A stretch of DNA of 64,000 nt from Blastocatellia bacterium (GTDB lineage: Bacteria > Acidobacteriota > Blastocatellia > UBA7656): NCBI GenBank assembly GCA_963765495.1, contig CAVXWP010000009.1, forward strand, positions 32,001 through 96,000, read 5' to 3'. Shown here piece after piece: positions 48,685-60,640 of this stretch (the stretch's first letter is position 1; every line of letters begins with the position of its first letter). Made by a program: the position numbers and the translations under genes. Under the pieces are notes generated by a model that was not told where the DNA came from, did no database searches, and saw only the letters and a list, made by a program, of their open reading frames with translations.

Positions 48685-50757
48685 TCAATTTCCTGCTTCT
48701 TTCTTCTCCTCTTTCGCGTCTTCGGGCACTTGCGGGTTTATGAAATCCGGCAGCGGGTCGCCCCAGATGTAATGGTTGAACCAGTCAAGGTTATGCTGCA
48801 TGACGGCGCGCATGGCTTTTGGCTTTGTGATGCCGTGGCCAAACCCTTTATAGACGACCATCTCGACCTTTACTCCGCGATCTTCGAGCGCCTGTCGCAA
48901 CTCGTAGGCATTTGCAATCGGCACACGGCGATCAAGTTCTCCGTGCTGAATGAGCGTAGGCGTGCGCGCCTGTTTGATATAGGTGATAGGCGAGGTCTTT
49001 TGATATATTTCCGGGTCATCGACGGGGTCTTTGCCCAGATACTGAATCGTGAAAGGCGTGATGTCGGTGTTGTAATAATAGGTCGCCCAGTCTGAAATCC
49101 CCGCGCCGACCGAAATTGCCGCGAAGCGGTCGGTCGAAGCGGTCAGAAAAGCCGAGATATAGCCACCCTGGCTCCAGCCCATGCAGGCAACTCTCTTTGG
49201 GTCCACCCATCCTTTTGCTATCAGGTAATCGACTCCCGAAATCACATCCCACGCATCGCCTACGCCAAGATTCCGCAGATTTAATTGCCGGAATTTTTCG
49301 CCATACCCGGCGCTACCTCGATAGTTCACTTTCAGTATCAAGGCTCCGCGTGCCGCCCAGATGTCGGCAGGGTAATACCGCGTGTCGCGCACCAGCAGCA
49401 CAGGCATGTCGATGCCGGTCGGGCCTCCGTGAATGATGCACAGCAGCGGATATTTTTTCGACGGGTCAAAATCGGCGGGCTTTATCAAAACGCCTTCGAT
49501 AGTAGTCTCATCCTTGCTCTTCCACGAGATGACCTCTCGCGAGCCGAGTATGAAATTCGATGCCTGTTGGCCCAGATGAGTCAGGGCGCGAGGCGAGAAG
49601 TTCTCGACATCCGATATAAACACATCTGTCATCGCCGTAGGCGAACTGGCCGTGAAAGCCACACGCCGCCCGTCGCCGGTAAATGAAAACGAGAAGGCGA
49701 TCAAATCTGCGGGAGAGGTGACGCGGGTGATCTTAGAGCCCGTCGAATCGGTGCGAAAAAGGTGCGCGTATGTCTTTTGAAGCGCGCTGAAATATATGCC
49801 TTTTGAGTTCCACGCAACGAAACCGGGGCTCTCATCGAAGTCGCCGGTAATAGAACGAGGCGTACCGCCTTCGGCAGGGATGATGGCGAGCCGAGAGTTG
49901 GAATGGAAATAGACCGGGTTCCCCATCGCCGTTGAAAACAGAATCTGTTTGCCGTCGGGCGACCATTGCGGCCCGCCATCCGGGCCGGGCTGCGAGACTA
50001 TTTTTCTGATCGAATTATCGGCAACCGTCAGCAGGTAAATGTCCGAGGTTCCGCCCGATATCAGATCGGGGTTGATCGCAGCGCCAAAGGCAATCTTCGA
50101 TCCGTCGGGCGACCATGAGAATGAATTCACGCTGAATTCATTCCCCTTTGTCAGTTGCTTACCGGCGACCGGCCCTTCCATGGCCTCGGCCACGTCGAGC
50201 ACCCAGAGATGCGTGTAGTCGTAATCCTTTCGCACCACAAAGAAATCGCCGAAATATTCCTTTCTATCTTTCTCGGGTTTTGTCGCGGGCACGGTGGCCG
50301 TGAAGGCGATTCGCTTTCCGTCTCTTGACCAGTCATAGCCGCCAACTCCGGTTTCGGATTTAGTCAACTGGATAGCCTCTCCGCCGTTTGGACTGATAAC
50401 GAAAAGCTGATTTTTGTCGTCAGCGCGGCTGCTTGTAAACGAAAGCCACCGGCTATCGGGCGACCACGAAAAGTTGCTCGCGGATTTCTCGCCTCGCGTG
50501 AGTTGAAACGTCTCGGTCGTAGTCGTATTGACAAGCCATATCTGGCTGACATAGGCGTCCTGCTTAAAATTGGATGTCGACACACTGTAGGCGACCCATT
50601 TGCCGTCGGGAGAAATTTCTATGCCGCCCACCGATTTGATGTTCAACAAATCGTCGATTGTCGGCACGTGACGACCATTGGAATCAGCCCTTGCAAAAGC
50701 GACTGTGAGGCCAAGCTGGACAACAAGTGCGATTGAGATAGCTGCTCGTTTGATCAT
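48685..50757 (-). CDS. S9-family (prolyl oligopeptidase/acylaminoacyl) peptidase
   Basis: WSPD beta-propeller repeats, IHGGP, NYRGSAGYG, GWSQGG, HGELDRRVP, GHG. Confidence 0.93.
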   Translation of the reverse strand: MIKRAAISIALVVQLGLTVAFARADSNGRHVPTIDDLLNIKSVGGIEISPDGKWVAYSVSTSNFKQDAYVSQIWLVNTTTTETFQLTRGEKSASNFSWSPDSRWLSFTSSRADDKNQLFVISPNGGEAIQLTKSETGVGGYDWSRDGKRIAFTATVPATKPEKDRKEYFGDFFVVRKDYDYTHLWVLDVAEAMEGPVAGKQLTKGNEFSVNSFSWSPDGSKIAFGAAINPDLISGGTSDIYLLTVADNSIRKIVSQPGPDGGPQWSPDGKQILFSTAMGNPVYFHSNSRLAIIPAEGGTPRSITGDFDESPGFVAWNSKGIYFSALQKTYAHLFRTDSTGSKITRVTSPADLIAFSFSFTGDGRRVAFTASSPTAMTDVFISDVENFSPRALTHLGQQASNFILGSREVISWKSKDETTIEGVLIKPADFDPSKKYPLLCIIHGGPTGIDMPVLLVRDTRYYPADIWAARGALILKVNYRGSAGYGEKFRQLNLRNLGVGDAWDVISGVDYLIAKGWVDPKRVACMGWSQGGYISAFLTASTDRFAAISVGAGISDWATYYYNTDITPFTIQYLGKDPVDDPEIYQKTSPITYIKQARTPTLIQHGELDRRVPIANAYELRQALEDRGVKVEMVVYKGFGHGITKPKAMRAVMQHNLDWFNHYIWGDPLPDFINPQVPEDAKEEKKEAGN

Positions 50758-50779
50758 TATAAAATCCTCCGCTTCAGGA

Positions 50780-50906
50780 GGGATGAGGGATGAGGGATGA
50801 GGGATGAAAAGGACCGTCAGGATAGCTCTCGATTATAAGGTCAACCGCATTAATCGGATTGTTTCCTTAGAGTCCTTTTCATCCCTCATCCCTCATCCCT
50901 CATCCC
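50780..50906. repeat. Palindromic element with (GGGATGA)4 / (TCATCCC)4 arms
   Basis: Core is the reverse complement of the core at 23860-23979 with few differences. Confidence 0.9.
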
Positions 50907-50907
50907 T

Positions 50908-51807
50908 TTATCGCGCCAGCCACATCTTTATGGTGCGCGTCACGAGGTCCGAGGCGTCCTGCTGAACGAAATGGCTTGCGCCGGGAATGGTCACAAGAGT
51001 CAAATCCTGCTCTACCCAATCCCAGGTTCCGTTGAGCGCGCCCGCAAGCAACGCCGTGTCTTTCAGGCCGTGAATCATCAGCACGGGCGCTTTTACTTTC
51101 ACAAGAGGCCCGGTGTCTTCCGTGTAAGGCTCTCGCGGATAATTCCGCTTGTAATAATTGAGCATGGCCTCGAAATCGCTTCGACGAAAAGCCTCGACAT
51201 ATTTCTCTCTTGCTTTGGGGTCTTTGACCCAGAAGGCCAGACGTTCGGGCGTAAGCTCTTTCTCGGCCCCCTCTTTTTGAAAATTGCGCGCATACTGGCT
51301 GTTCTTCTGTTGTTCGGGATTATTGGCCAGTTCTCGGCGCAGGCCGCGCGGATGGGGCAGATTCAGGATGATCAGTTTTTCGGTCATCTGCGGGCGCGTC
51401 ATAGCAAAAGTCCACGCCACGATTCCTCCCCAATCGTGCCCAACTATGACGGCCTTATCGCGGCCAAGATGGCGAATGACCGCTTCCACATCGCCGACCA
51501 GCAGACTGATGTCATAGTTTTCTACGCCCTTTGGCTTGTCGCTCAGGTTATAGCCTCGCTGATCAATTGCCACCACCTGATAGTTTGCTGAAAGCGCCTC
51601 CATCTGATCGCGCCACGTATACCAGAAATCCGGAAAGCCGTGAATCATCACGATGAGCGGGCCTTTGCCGAGGCTCGCGTAATGAATCTTCACGCCGTTG
51701 CTATCGGCATAGCCGTGCTCTACGCGCTTGTCGAGATCGGAATCCGCCTTTGCAGAAACGCTTAGAAGGACCAGCCCCGCAAATATTACCGAAAGGATTC
51801 GTTTCAT
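50908..51807 (-). CDS. Exported epoxide-hydrolase-like alpha/beta hydrolase
   Basis: [29 protein letters not shown]. Confidence 0.9.
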   Translation of the reverse strand: MKRILSVIFAGLVLLSVSAKADSDLDKRVEHGYADSNGVKIHYASLGKGPLIVMIHGFPDFWYTWRDQMEALSANYQVVAIDQRGYNLSDKPKGVENYDISLLVGDVEAVIRHLGRDKAVIVGHDWGGIVAWTFAMTRPQMTEKLIILNLPHPRGLRRELANNPEQQKNSQYARNFQKEGAEKELTPERLAFWVKDPKAREKYVEAFRRSDFEAMLNYYKRNYPREPYTEDTGPLVKVKAPVLMIHGLKDTALLAGALNGTWDWVEQDLTLVTIPGASHFVQQDASDLVTRTIKMWLAR

Positions 51808-52038
51808 TAGGAATCTCCTTGATTGCCTGTTATTCACCTGAAAGATGAATTCCACTGTGCCATATCTGTGGTCGGGTTGACCAGCCTGTTTTAATCTGTG
51901 GCGCAATGGTTTGTCAATCGCGTGATGGATGAAAAAACATAGAAAGGATTAACAGGATTAACAGGTTTCTTAAGGAGGAAAAGAAAAATCTTGTTGAATC
52001 TTGTTAATCCTGTCTGAAAATGTGTTCTTCTTCGGACC

Positions 52039-54258
52039 TCATTTGAAGTTCTTCATGAGAACTACATCGCTGGTCTTAACCCCCTGAGCGTAGACGAGAC
52101 TCTTACCGTCGGGCGACCAGTCGAAACAGAAAATCTGATTATCGCGAAAGGCGGTCAAGGGTCTGGGCGGGCCTCCGTCAAGGGGCCGACTCCATAGATT
52201 AGAGATTCCGCCGCGATTATCTATATAGGTGAGAGAGCGACCATCAGGCGACCACCTGACCGGGACATCCCCGGTCGAGCCCACGGCGGTCGAAGGGAGC
52301 GAAAAGGGTTGTGGTTTCTGCTCTCCGTCAATAGAGATTATCTCTCTCGCCCATTGCTGCGGGTGGGCATCTTCATCCCAGTATGAATAGGCTATGCGCT
52401 TTCCATCGGGCGAGATAGCAGGAAGCGAGGAATGCCTTGTAGTGAGTTTGACAGGCGGACCGCCCTCGACAGCCATTTTCCAAAGCCCTTTATGGCCGGT
52501 CTCGGAAGCGTTGTAGACCACCCAGGGACTTTCGGCCGAGCAGTTTGGCGACCACTCTCCGCTGCCCGTGGTCAATTGCATTTGATTGCGTCCATCAATA
52601 TCCATCCTCCAGATATGAGGCCTGCCCGCGCGGTTTGAAAAGAAGACGATATAGCGACCGTCGGATGAAACGGATGGTTCGATATCTATGCCCGGATCGC
52701 TCGTCAATTGTTTTCGATTGCTGCCATCCTGATCCATTATCCAGATATCGGGGTTGCCGTCGGCCCGCGATACATAAACAATTCTGCCGTCGGGTGTCCA
52801 GCATACGCCTATGCCTTCGATCCTGCCGGAGGTGATCTTTCTCGATTTTGCAAAATCGTCGGACGGCGCTACCCAGACGTTTGAATAGACATCCTCCTGG
52901 ACCGTGACCAGCGTGCTTGAATCCGCCGTCAGGCTCAACCCGCGATAGCCGGTTACCTCGCTTGTAAGTTTTCGAGCCTCGCCGCCGGGATAAGGCACGA
53001 ACCATATTTGGGGCTCGCTCTGCTCCTGATCGAGGGCTATCATCATAAGACCATCGCCCGATCTGAGCCATTCAAACTCGCCTATGTAGGGCCATTTTTG
53101 AGGGCTGATCATATGACCAGCGCTGCCGTCTATCGGCATCTCGCATAGCTGCATGTAACTTACGCCCTTATTGCCTACGCTGCCTACGGCGCAGGCAAGC
53201 GATTTGCCATCCGGCGACCAGGCCACGTAGTTTACCCACTCGCCGCAAGCGCTCGTCGAAAGGCTTTGCTCTTCGGTCCCGTCTATGTTGGCTATTATCA
53301 ACCCCTCTTTTGATTCGGCGGCGTAGCCTCTTATAAAGGCGATATGTTTGCCGTCGGGAGAGACGGAAATTGACGGCAGGACATCGTAAATGATCCTCTT
53401 TGAAACGCCGCCGAGCACGGGCACCTGATAGATAGCCCCGACGCTATTCTTATCCCACAGGTTGTAATAAATATAGTTGCTGTCGCTTGAGAAACTCAGC
53501 CCCTGATAACTCACATCGGCGGGCGGAATTATTTGAACATTGCTCGGCGTGGCGACCTGTTTGATCCACAAAGATTGCTTTGCGGCATCGTTTACCACAT
53601 AGGCCACATATTTGCCGTCGGGCGATATGGCGGCGTCTATGGTCTTGCCTGTGGCAGTAAATCGCGTGACGTTTATTGATTTGTAAGGCGCGGGCGCGAC
53701 TTTATCTCTCAGCAGGAAGATATACGTGATGCCGAAAAGGGCGATAAAGGCCATCACAAGGATTGCCGCCATTTTTTTCTCGCCGCGCGCTTTTGCCGGG
53801 GCCTGATATAGGGCTAAAGGCTGTTCGTACAGTCTGATCGATTCATCGGCAGGAACCGGCACGCGCTCAGGCGCTTCAGCGCTATCGAACGCGGCTTGCT
53901 CGGACTCGGGCTCGGAGGGTTCATCCATCACCTCTATGACATCGGCGATAAATCGGTAGCCGCGTTTGGGGACTGTCTCGATATAATGCTGGCCATTATT
54001 CTTTCCGTTGCCGAGAGCCTTTCTGAGGGTAAAGATGTTTTGAGCAAGCGTGGCCTCTTCAACAAAGGTATCGGGCCAGATCTCTTTCAGCAATTCGTCC
54101 TTCTCAAGCACGTGTCCATTATTTTGAACCAGCACCAAAAGCGTCTCCATCGCCTTTGGAGTGAGCGGAACAAGTTCGCCTTCGCGCAGCAAGACCCGCT
54201 CCCGGCGGTCGAGCCTGAAGGGACCGAATTCGTATAAGTGATGTGTTTGCGTGCTCAT
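52039..54258 (-). CDS. Membrane-spanning regulator: OmpR/CadC-type winged helix + TM + PD40/TolB propeller
   Basis: YEFGPFRLD...LTPKA...WPDTFVEE...IETVPKRGYRF; TM; multiple SPDG repeats. Confidence 0.9.
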   Translation of the reverse strand: MSTQTHHLYEFGPFRLDRRERVLLREGELVPLTPKAMETLLVLVQNNGHVLEKDELLKEIWPDTFVEEATLAQNIFTLRKALGNGKNNGQHYIETVPKRGYRFIADVIEVMDEPSEPESEQAAFDSAEAPERVPVPADESIRLYEQPLALYQAPAKARGEKKMAAILVMAFIALFGITYIFLLRDKVAPAPYKSINVTRFTATGKTIDAAISPDGKYVAYVVNDAAKQSLWIKQVATPSNVQIIPPADVSYQGLSFSSDSNYIYYNLWDKNSVGAIYQVPVLGGVSKRIIYDVLPSISVSPDGKHIAFIRGYAAESKEGLIIANIDGTEEQSLSTSACGEWVNYVAWSPDGKSLACAVGSVGNKGVSYMQLCEMPIDGSAGHMISPQKWPYIGEFEWLRSGDGLMMIALDQEQSEPQIWFVPYPGGEARKLTSEVTGYRGLSLTADSSTLVTVQEDVYSNVWVAPSDDFAKSRKITSGRIEGIGVCWTPDGRIVYVSRADGNPDIWIMDQDGSNRKQLTSDPGIDIEPSVSSDGRYIVFFSNRAGRPHIWRMDIDGRNQMQLTTGSGEWSPNCSAESPWVVYNASETGHKGLWKMAVEGGPPVKLTTRHSSLPAISPDGKRIAYSYWDEDAHPQQWAREIISIDGEQKPQPFSLPSTAVGSTGDVPVRWSPDGRSLTYIDNRGGISNLWSRPLDGGPPRPLTAFRDNQIFCFDWSPDGKSLVYAQGVKTSDVVLMKNFK

Positions 54259-54546
54259 AACTGCCTTTCAAAACTCTTTAAAAACTCTTTCAAGAAAATT
54301 TGGAAGTCGTTTTGAAGCCTCTCTAAAGACTTTTCCCCGGCCCCCTGCGTACGATCGTCTGTGAAGCGAGACGATGTCTTGAATACGAATTTCATTCGCT
54401 TCGGAGTTCGAGAATTTAGTGATTCTCGGGCAGAAACGGTTTCAGGATTTATGAAAGAAGAAAAAGAAAATTCAATCATCGGTTCAGAATGGAGTTTGGA
54501 TGCGGGCTTGCGGGCCTGCTGGACGGAAGTACGGAAGGAGAAAAAA

Positions 54547-54972
54547 ATGAAAAGACATGCCTATAGAGTTTTCGCTACCTTGAGCCTCTTGCTCGCGCTT
54601 GGGCTTACAACAATCAACGCTCAATCGTTTGACAGGCTGGAGGTCAACGTCCCGTTCCAGTTCACAGCCGGAGGCAAAACGCTTCCCGCCGGGGCGTACA
54701 CGATCCGACAGGTAGATACGCGCAGGCTATTGATAGAGAGCGTCGATGGCGACCAATCTGCATTAATCCTGATCAACACCGTTCAGGCAAAGAGATTCAC
54801 ATCGAAAGCGAAGGTGATCTTCAATCGATATGAAAACAGTTATTTTCTTTCAGAGGTGCTCGGCCCCGGTACAGAAATATGGCGGCAAGAGCCCAGGTCG
54901 AACGCGGAAGCCAGGCTTGCAAAAACCGCCGCGCCACCTCAAGTGATCTCTGTCGGCAACGACCGGCAGTGA
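54547..54972 (+). CDS. Small exported beta-rich protein (acidobacterial type)
   Basis: Signal peptide, VNVPFQFTAGGKTLPAGAYTI...VIFNRYENSYFLSEV. Confidence 0.8.
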   Translation: MKRHAYRVFATLSLLLALGLTTINAQSFDRLEVNVPFQFTAGGKTLPAGAYTIRQVDTRRLLIESVDGDQSALILINTVQAKRFTSKAKVIFNRYENSYFLSEVLGPGTEIWRQEPRSNAEARLAKTAAPPQVISVGNDRQ

Positions 54973-55287
54973 GTGCCAACATAGCTGATCCTTTGGGTGC
55001 GCTTCCAATGCCTCGGAGGCGCACCCGTTTTCTCCCCCGATGTTATAGTTCTCCTCATGATCATAGCTATGCGAATAGAAATAGGCCGCGGATGACGCGG
55101 ATGCGGCGGATCTACGCGGATCTGACATAATATGAGCTAATCCGCGCTAATCCGCCGCATCCGCGAAAATCCATGGTCTATTCCCCTTTTCCCTACCTCG
55201 AAATATCCGATATAGTCGTAGACCTGAGCAGCCTCACCAGACATTTTTTTTCAAAGGTGTTAATAAATTCGCTTTTGGAGCGTTTCT

Positions 55288-55866
55288 ATGAGTGGAGACG
55301 ACGTAAAGGAGGACAATGTGCAAATAGCTGTCAAACACCTTAGATCGCTCCCCGATCCGCTCGAAGAGGTGGGAATTCTCTTTCGAGAGCATCAGGATCG
55401 GGTATTTCGGGCCGCCTACCGCGTCACGGGCAGCGTAGTAGATGCCGAAGATGTGTTGCAGACGATCTTTCTCCGCCTTGTGAATCGCAAGGAGAAGAAA
55501 GACCTGTCGCCAAGCCCGGGAGCCTATCTCTATCGGGCCGCGATCAACGCATCTCTCGACCTTATGCGCAGCCGCAGCCGCGTTGTGGCTGTACCTTACG
55601 AAGAGGTAGCCTCACTTTCTGCCGATAGCTCCTCGCAGAATCCCGAGACCGAACACGCCGACCGCGAACTGAAAAAGCATATTCGGCAATCAATCGCCTG
55701 TCTTGGAACGAAAGCCGCCGAGGTCGTAGCTCTTAAATACTTTGAAGGCTACGGCAACCGCGAGATAGCCGAAATGCTCGGCATGTCACAGATGGTCGTG
55801 GCCGTCGTCCTTCACAGGGCGCGCACGCGTCTTCGCAAAGAGTTAGGCAAGTTTTTGGAGGAATAA
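55288..55866 (+). CDS. ECF sigma-70 factor
   Basis: DAEDVLQTIFL, YLYRAAINASLD, EIAEMLG, LHRARTRL. Confidence 0.92.
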   Translation: MSGDDVKEDNVQIAVKHLRSLPDPLEEVGILFREHQDRVFRAAYRVTGSVVDAEDVLQTIFLRLVNRKEKKDLSPSPGAYLYRAAINASLDLMRSRSRVVAVPYEEVASLSADSSSQNPETEHADRELKKHIRQSIACLGTKAAEVVALKYFEGYGNREIAEMLGMSQMVVAVVLHRARTRLRKELGKFLEE

Positions 55867-55868
55867 TA

Positions 55869-58574
55869 ATGAAACCGACTAATAAATACCTTAATGAGAC
55901 CCTTGACCGCGTCACCGCCGAAATCCGAAACGAAGAGCCTGACCCTGCGGCGGTGGCAAACGCAGCGGATCGCGTCTGGGCGCGAATTTCAGCCGAGCCC
56001 GCCGAGGCCGGATTGTCTGCCGCGCCCTCGGGACAAATCCGAAACTGCGAGGACTTTCAATCGCTCATCCCCGCTTACCTGAGCGGAAGTCTCACCGATG
56101 CTCGCGCCCTGTTGCTTGAAGATCACACTCACGAGTGTATCCCGTGCCGCAAGGCGCTCAAGGCAGCAAAGACCGGCAGCGCTCCGTCAAAACCAGTCGC
56201 GATGCCCGGCGCGCAGCGCTCTTTCCTTACCCGACGGCCCGTTGTGAGATGGGCCATCGCCGCTACGGTAGTGCTTGCGCTCGGCATCACCACGATGATC
56301 TTCTCGGAGCGATTCTCGCGTTCGACCGACGCGTTTCGCGCCATAGCCTCTATCGTAAACGGGCCGGTTTACGTAGTGGCCGACACCGAAACCCGCCCGA
56401 TTCAACAGGGCGAACAGATAAAGACCGGCGAAGAGATTCGCATAGCCAAAGACGCGGGCGCGGTCGTGACCCTGCCCGACGGATCTGAGATAGAGACAAA
56501 AGAGCGCTCGGAGTTTTCAATCTCCGAAGGCTCGGAGGGTGTAACCATTCACCTGGACCGGGGCAATATCATCGTCCAGGCCGCAAAACAGCGCTCGCGC
56601 CATCTCTTTGTCGCGACCAAAGATTGTCTTGTGTCGGTGACGGGGACGATCTTTTCGGTCAACAGCGGGACCAAGGGCGCGCGAGTTTCGGTGGTAGAAG
56701 GAGAAGTACACGTAGATTATGCCGGGAAAAAGCGAGTGCTCCATCCCGGCGAGCAGGTCTCGACAACCGAAAGCATAGAGCCGGTGCCGGTAAAAGAAGA
56801 AGTCGCGTGGAGCCGCAATTCCACTCGTTACAACGCGCTGCTTGCCGAAGCGGCCGAATTGCGAAAAGAGCTGGACGCGCGCGTCTCGATGCCCGAAGTC
56901 CGTTATTCGACCAGCCTGCTCGACCGCATGCCCGAAGGCACGGTCCTTTATGCGGCGATTCCAAACCTGAGCGCCACACTGAAAGAGTCGAGCCAGATAA
57001 TCGAGGAGCGCCTACAACAGAACGCCGACCTGCGCGAGTGGTGGGAAGGCAATCAAACAGCAGGCGGCAGGCCGGGTTTCAAGCAGGTTGTAAACAAGGT
57101 CTCTGAATTCGGCGAGTACCTCGGAAATGAGATGGTCGTGAGCGCCCGCCTCAACGCAAACGGCGAGCCTGACGGGCCTCTGGTTCTCGCGGAATTGACA
57201 AACCCGGTCGCCTTTCGCGCCTATCTGGATCAGCAGATAGCCGCAATCGGCGCGGGCGAACACAAAGGGCCGGGCATTCGCATTGTTGACGACCCGCTCA
57301 CGGCCACGACAACCTCTGACGAGAAAGGGCAATCGGACCTGTTCGTATGGATAAATGATTCGCTGGTCGCCGCATCTCCCAGGCTTGAGCTTTTGCAGCA
57401 ACTCGCAACGAGCCTGAAGTCTTCGGGGGCAAACCCCTTCCTGACGAGTTCTTTTCACGCCTCGATTGCCGGGCTCTATTCGGAAGGCGCAGGCTTTATA
57501 GTGGCTGCCGATCTGGAAAAGATCCTTTCCCAGTCGCTCAAAGGAGCCGCGAAATCAGGCGAAGCGAAAGAGGGCGAAGCGAAGGAGGGCGGAGCGTTTC
57601 AACAACTCGGTTTGCAGAACCTGAAGCACTTCATCGTAGAGATGAAGATAAAGGACGGGCAGCCGCAGAACCGCGCCGTCTTGAGCTTTGACCCGGCGAG
57701 CAAAGGCATTACATCGTGGCTCGCAGAACCCGGCCCGATGGGCGCTCTCGGGTTCATTTCGCCCGATGCCAACGTGGTGGCCGCCTTCGTAGTCAAGCAG
57801 CCCGTATCGCTTGTCGATGATCTGCTTGGCGCGATGAATACGGTTGACCCGAACATCCAGCAAATAATCAGCGGGTTCGAGCGTTCAAGCGGCATCGACA
57901 TCCGCAACGACATCGCCGCGCCTCTCGGCGGAGAGTTCGCCTTTGCCGTTGACGGGCCGCTTTTGCCTACGCCTTCGTGGAAGATGGTCTTTGAGGTAAA
58001 CGACCCCGCGCACCTGCAACAGACATTCGAGCGGGTCGTGGACCGATTGAACGCCTATGCCCGTATGGTTGGCAAGAGCGGGCTTGAGTGGGATCGCGAA
58101 GAGATCGGCGGGCGCACTTTCTACACTCTGAAATCGGCTCAGGTCGGGGCTGAGTTAAACTACACCTACGCCGACGGCTATCTGATCGCAGCGCCGAGCC
58201 GCGCCCTCGTTGACCGCGCCATCCGCTATCACGAATCGGGCTATACGCTTGTGCATTCGCCCAGATTTATAGCCGCGCTGCCGGAAGATCGAAACCCCAA
58301 CTTCTCGGCTTTCGTCTACCAGAACCTGACCTCGATGATCGGGTCGGTCGCAGGTCGCGTAGGCGGGGCAAGCGGGAAGATGTCGGAAGATAAACAGGCA
58401 GCTTTGAAATCGCTCACCGACGCGGCCCCGGTGCTGGCTTATGCCTATGCCTACGGTGACCGCATAGTATTTTCCGCAAACAGCGAAGGCAAGCCTTTCG
58501 CTTTGACACCGGGCACGCTGATGAGCTTGCCTTTCGCATTCGGGCCGCACGCATCGGAGGATGAGTCTAAGTAG
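55869..58574 (+). CDS. Zinc-finger anti-sigma factor with FecR domain and large periplasmic extension
   Basis: C...HTHECIPC zf-HC2 motif, TM helix, FecR-like VTGTIFSV...VSVVEGEV. Confidence 0.85.
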   Translation: MKPTNKYLNETLDRVTAEIRNEEPDPAAVANAADRVWARISAEPAEAGLSAAPSGQIRNCEDFQSLIPAYLSGSLTDARALLLEDHTHECIPCRKALKAAKTGSAPSKPVAMPGAQRSFLTRRPVVRWAIAATVVLALGITTMIFSERFSRSTDAFRAIASIVNGPVYVVADTETRPIQQGEQIKTGEEIRIAKDAGAVVTLPDGSEIETKERSEFSISEGSEGVTIHLDRGNIIVQAAKQRSRHLFVATKDCLVSVTGTIFSVNSGTKGARVSVVEGEVHVDYAGKKRVLHPGEQVSTTESIEPVPVKEEVAWSRNSTRYNALLAEAAELRKELDARVSMPEVRYSTSLLDRMPEGTVLYAAIPNLSATLKESSQIIEERLQQNADLREWWEGNQTAGGRPGFKQVVNKVSEFGEYLGNEMVVSARLNANGEPDGPLVLAELTNPVAFRAYLDQQIAAIGAGEHKGPGIRIVDDPLTATTTSDEKGQSDLFVWINDSLVAASPRLELLQQLATSLKSSGANPFLTSSFHASIAGLYSEGAGFIVAADLEKILSQSLKGAAKSGEAKEGEAKEGGAFQQLGLQNLKHFIVEMKIKDGQPQNRAVLSFDPASKGITSWLAEPGPMGALGFISPDANVVAAFVVKQPVSLVDDLLGAMNTVDPNIQQIISGFERSSGIDIRNDIAAPLGGEFAFAVDGPLLPTPSWKMVFEVNDPAHLQQTFERVVDRLNAYARMVGKSGLEWDREEIGGRTFYTLKSAQVGAELNYTYADGYLIAAPSRALVDRAIRYHESGYTLVHSPRFIAALPEDRNPNFSAFVYQNLTSMIGSVAGRVGGASGKMSEDKQAALKSLTDAAPVLAYAYAYGDRIVFSANSEGKPFALTPGTLMSLPFAFGPHASEDESK

Positions 58575-58613
58575 TCGCGCTCTCTGACGCTGCAAGACAA
58601 TCGAATTTCAAAC

Positions 58614-58647
58614 GCCAGCCGGTAAAGATATATCTTCACCGGCTGGC
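58614..58647 (+). terminator. Stem-loop downstream of the anti-sigma gene
   Basis: GCCAGCCGGT...ACCGGCTGGC; no clear U tract. Confidence 0.5.
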
Positions 58648-58882
58648 ATAGGTGTGTTTGTTAATGAATCATAGACGGCTCGACATTACGGTTAATAAAA
58701 CGTCAGCGGGTGGGAACTCTCTACAATTCGATGGCGTAAGGCTTTTTGACCTCGGATGCTACCGAAGGCGCGGCAAAAAAAAGGCGAAGCAAAAAAAGCG
58801 AAGCAGTTGAAATCAACATGATCTCGAAAGACGCTGCTGTCTGAATTGCGCCCGGCACGATTTGATAAAGGAGAAGGTAAAA

Positions 58883-59713
58883 ATGAGACACAATGCATTT
58901 CTAATGCTGATCATAGCGACGGCCTTTTTAGCGATAACGCTACAGGTCACGGGATGCGGCCACGCGAGAAGACATTCAGACTCCAAAGGAGGTGAAGAGG
59001 ACTTCTCGGAGAAGGATGAAGTGAATCAGAGTTACAAACTCTCGCCGGGCGCACGCGTCGAAGTGTCGCGCATTGACGGTCCGGTCGAGATCGAGACGGC
59101 AGACATAGAAACGGCCGAGGTTCACGTAATCCGCTCTGCCCGCAACAAAGAAGACCTGGAGCACCGCAAAGTCTCTATTGAGGGCACGCCGACAAGTCTG
59201 ATCATCCGTGGCGATAAGGATGAGATGAAAGGAATATTCTCTATATTCGGGCCGCACATCAGAGTTCGCCAGCACGTTATGTTGAGGCTGCCGCGCAAGA
59301 TCGCGCTTGAGACAAGCGGGATAAACGGCACGGTCGCCGTAGGCGAGATCGAAGGCGCATTCGAAGCGAGCGGCATAAACGGCGCGGTCAAGGTAGCACA
59401 GGCCGGAGAGTCTGCGGAGTTTTCAGGCATAAACGGCAGGGTGGAGGTCAACATCAAGAACCTGGGCTCGAAAGGCATTGATCTAAGCGGGATCAATGGT
59501 CCGGTCGATCTCTGGTTTGCCGACGACCTCAACGCCGATCTCAACGTGAGCGGTATTCATGGATCTGTTATAGCCGATCTTCCAAACGTGACTATGGAAG
59601 ACAAGAAAGAGCGCAATAACTACCGCGCTCGCATAGGCGAAGGCGGCGCTTCCATCTCGGTTTCGGGCATCAACGGCAATGTCAAACTGGCGAAAGCGAC
59701 GAGTAAAGGATGA
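58883..59713 (+). CDS. DUF4097-like beta-repeat lipoprotein
   Basis: Lipobox VTGC; repeated SGING units. Confidence 0.8.
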   Translation: MRHNAFLMLIIATAFLAITLQVTGCGHARRHSDSKGGEEDFSEKDEVNQSYKLSPGARVEVSRIDGPVEIETADIETAEVHVIRSARNKEDLEHRKVSIEGTPTSLIIRGDKDEMKGIFSIFGPHIRVRQHVMLRLPRKIALETSGINGTVAVGEIEGAFEASGINGAVKVAQAGESAEFSGINGRVEVNIKNLGSKGIDLSGINGPVDLWFADDLNADLNVSGIHGSVIADLPNVTMEDKKERNNYRARIGEGGASISVSGINGNVKLAKATSKG

Positions 59714-59723
59714 AGGACTGGTT

Positions 59724-60638
59724 ATGGATTCAGTAATTGATCTTGACGGACTTGGAGTAGTCTTTGGCGGGCGGCCCATACTGAAAGACCTGCATGGCGA
59801 GTTGCGCGGGCGCGCTATCGGGCTGCTGGGGCCAAACGGCGCGGGCAAGACTACGCTGATTCACACGCTGCTCGGGTTTCATCCGCCGTCAAGCGGGACG
59901 GCCCGCATATTTGGCCGCGATATAAATGGAGAGGCGAAAAAGATTCGCACGCTGATCGGCTACATGCCTGAGCGAGACTCTTTTATCGCCAACATGACGT
60001 GCGTTCATTTCGTCCGTTTGATGGCCGAGCTTTCCGGCCTTCCCTCCGATGCGGCGCTTGAACGCGCGCACGAGGCTCTCTTTTATGTAGGGCTTGGCGA
60101 GGCGCGTTATCGCAAACTCGGCACATACTCGCTAGGGATGAAGCAACTGGCCAAGCTGGCTCAGGCGATAGTTCACGGCCCAAAGCTGATCTTTCTCGAC
60201 GAGCCTACAAACGGTCTCGACCCTCCGGCGCGTCTTCGCATGCTCGAACTCGTTCGTCAGATTCGCGACAGCGGACGGGCTCATATAGTGCTGTCGTCCC
60301 ATCTGTTGCGCGATGTCGAAGAGTGCTGTGAAGAGATACTCGTGATGAAGGAAGGCCGCATAGTCACCTACTGCAATCTGGAAGAGGAGCGAAAGGCAAA
60401 TCTGAGATTCCTCGAACTCGAAACAAGAGGCGATCAGGACGCGTTTGCAGAAGCCGTAGGCACGCTCGGTTGCGAGTACGCAATGACCGGAGATCGCAGA
60501 ATCAAGGTAATCTTGCAGGACGGCATCGAGATACGCGATCTGTACCGGCTGGCCTCGGAAAGTCAGGTTCAGATTCGCCGCCTAAATTACAAGCGCGATT
60601 CGCTCGAAGATATTTTCCTGAAGGCGATGGAGGAATAG
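59724..60638 (+). CDS. ABC transporter ATP-binding protein
   Basis: [24 protein letters not shown]. Confidence 0.93.
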   Translation: MDSVIDLDGLGVVFGGRPILKDLHGELRGRAIGLLGPNGAGKTTLIHTLLGFHPPSSGTARIFGRDINGEAKKIRTLIGYMPERDSFIANMTCVHFVRLMAELSGLPSDAALERAHEALFYVGLGEARYRKLGTYSLGMKQLAKLAQAIVHGPKLIFLDEPTNGLDPPARLRMLELVRQIRDSGRAHIVLSSHLLRDVEECCEEILVMKEGRIVTYCNLEEERKANLRFLELETRGDQDAFAEAVGTLGCEYAMTGDRRIKVILQDGIEIRDLYRLASESQVQIRRLNYKRDSLEDIFLKAMEE

Positions 60639-60640
60639 CG

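Noticed and set aside
58650-58860. Long leader as a possible riboswitch
   Set aside because: No recognisable aptamer consensus; needs an Rfam search.
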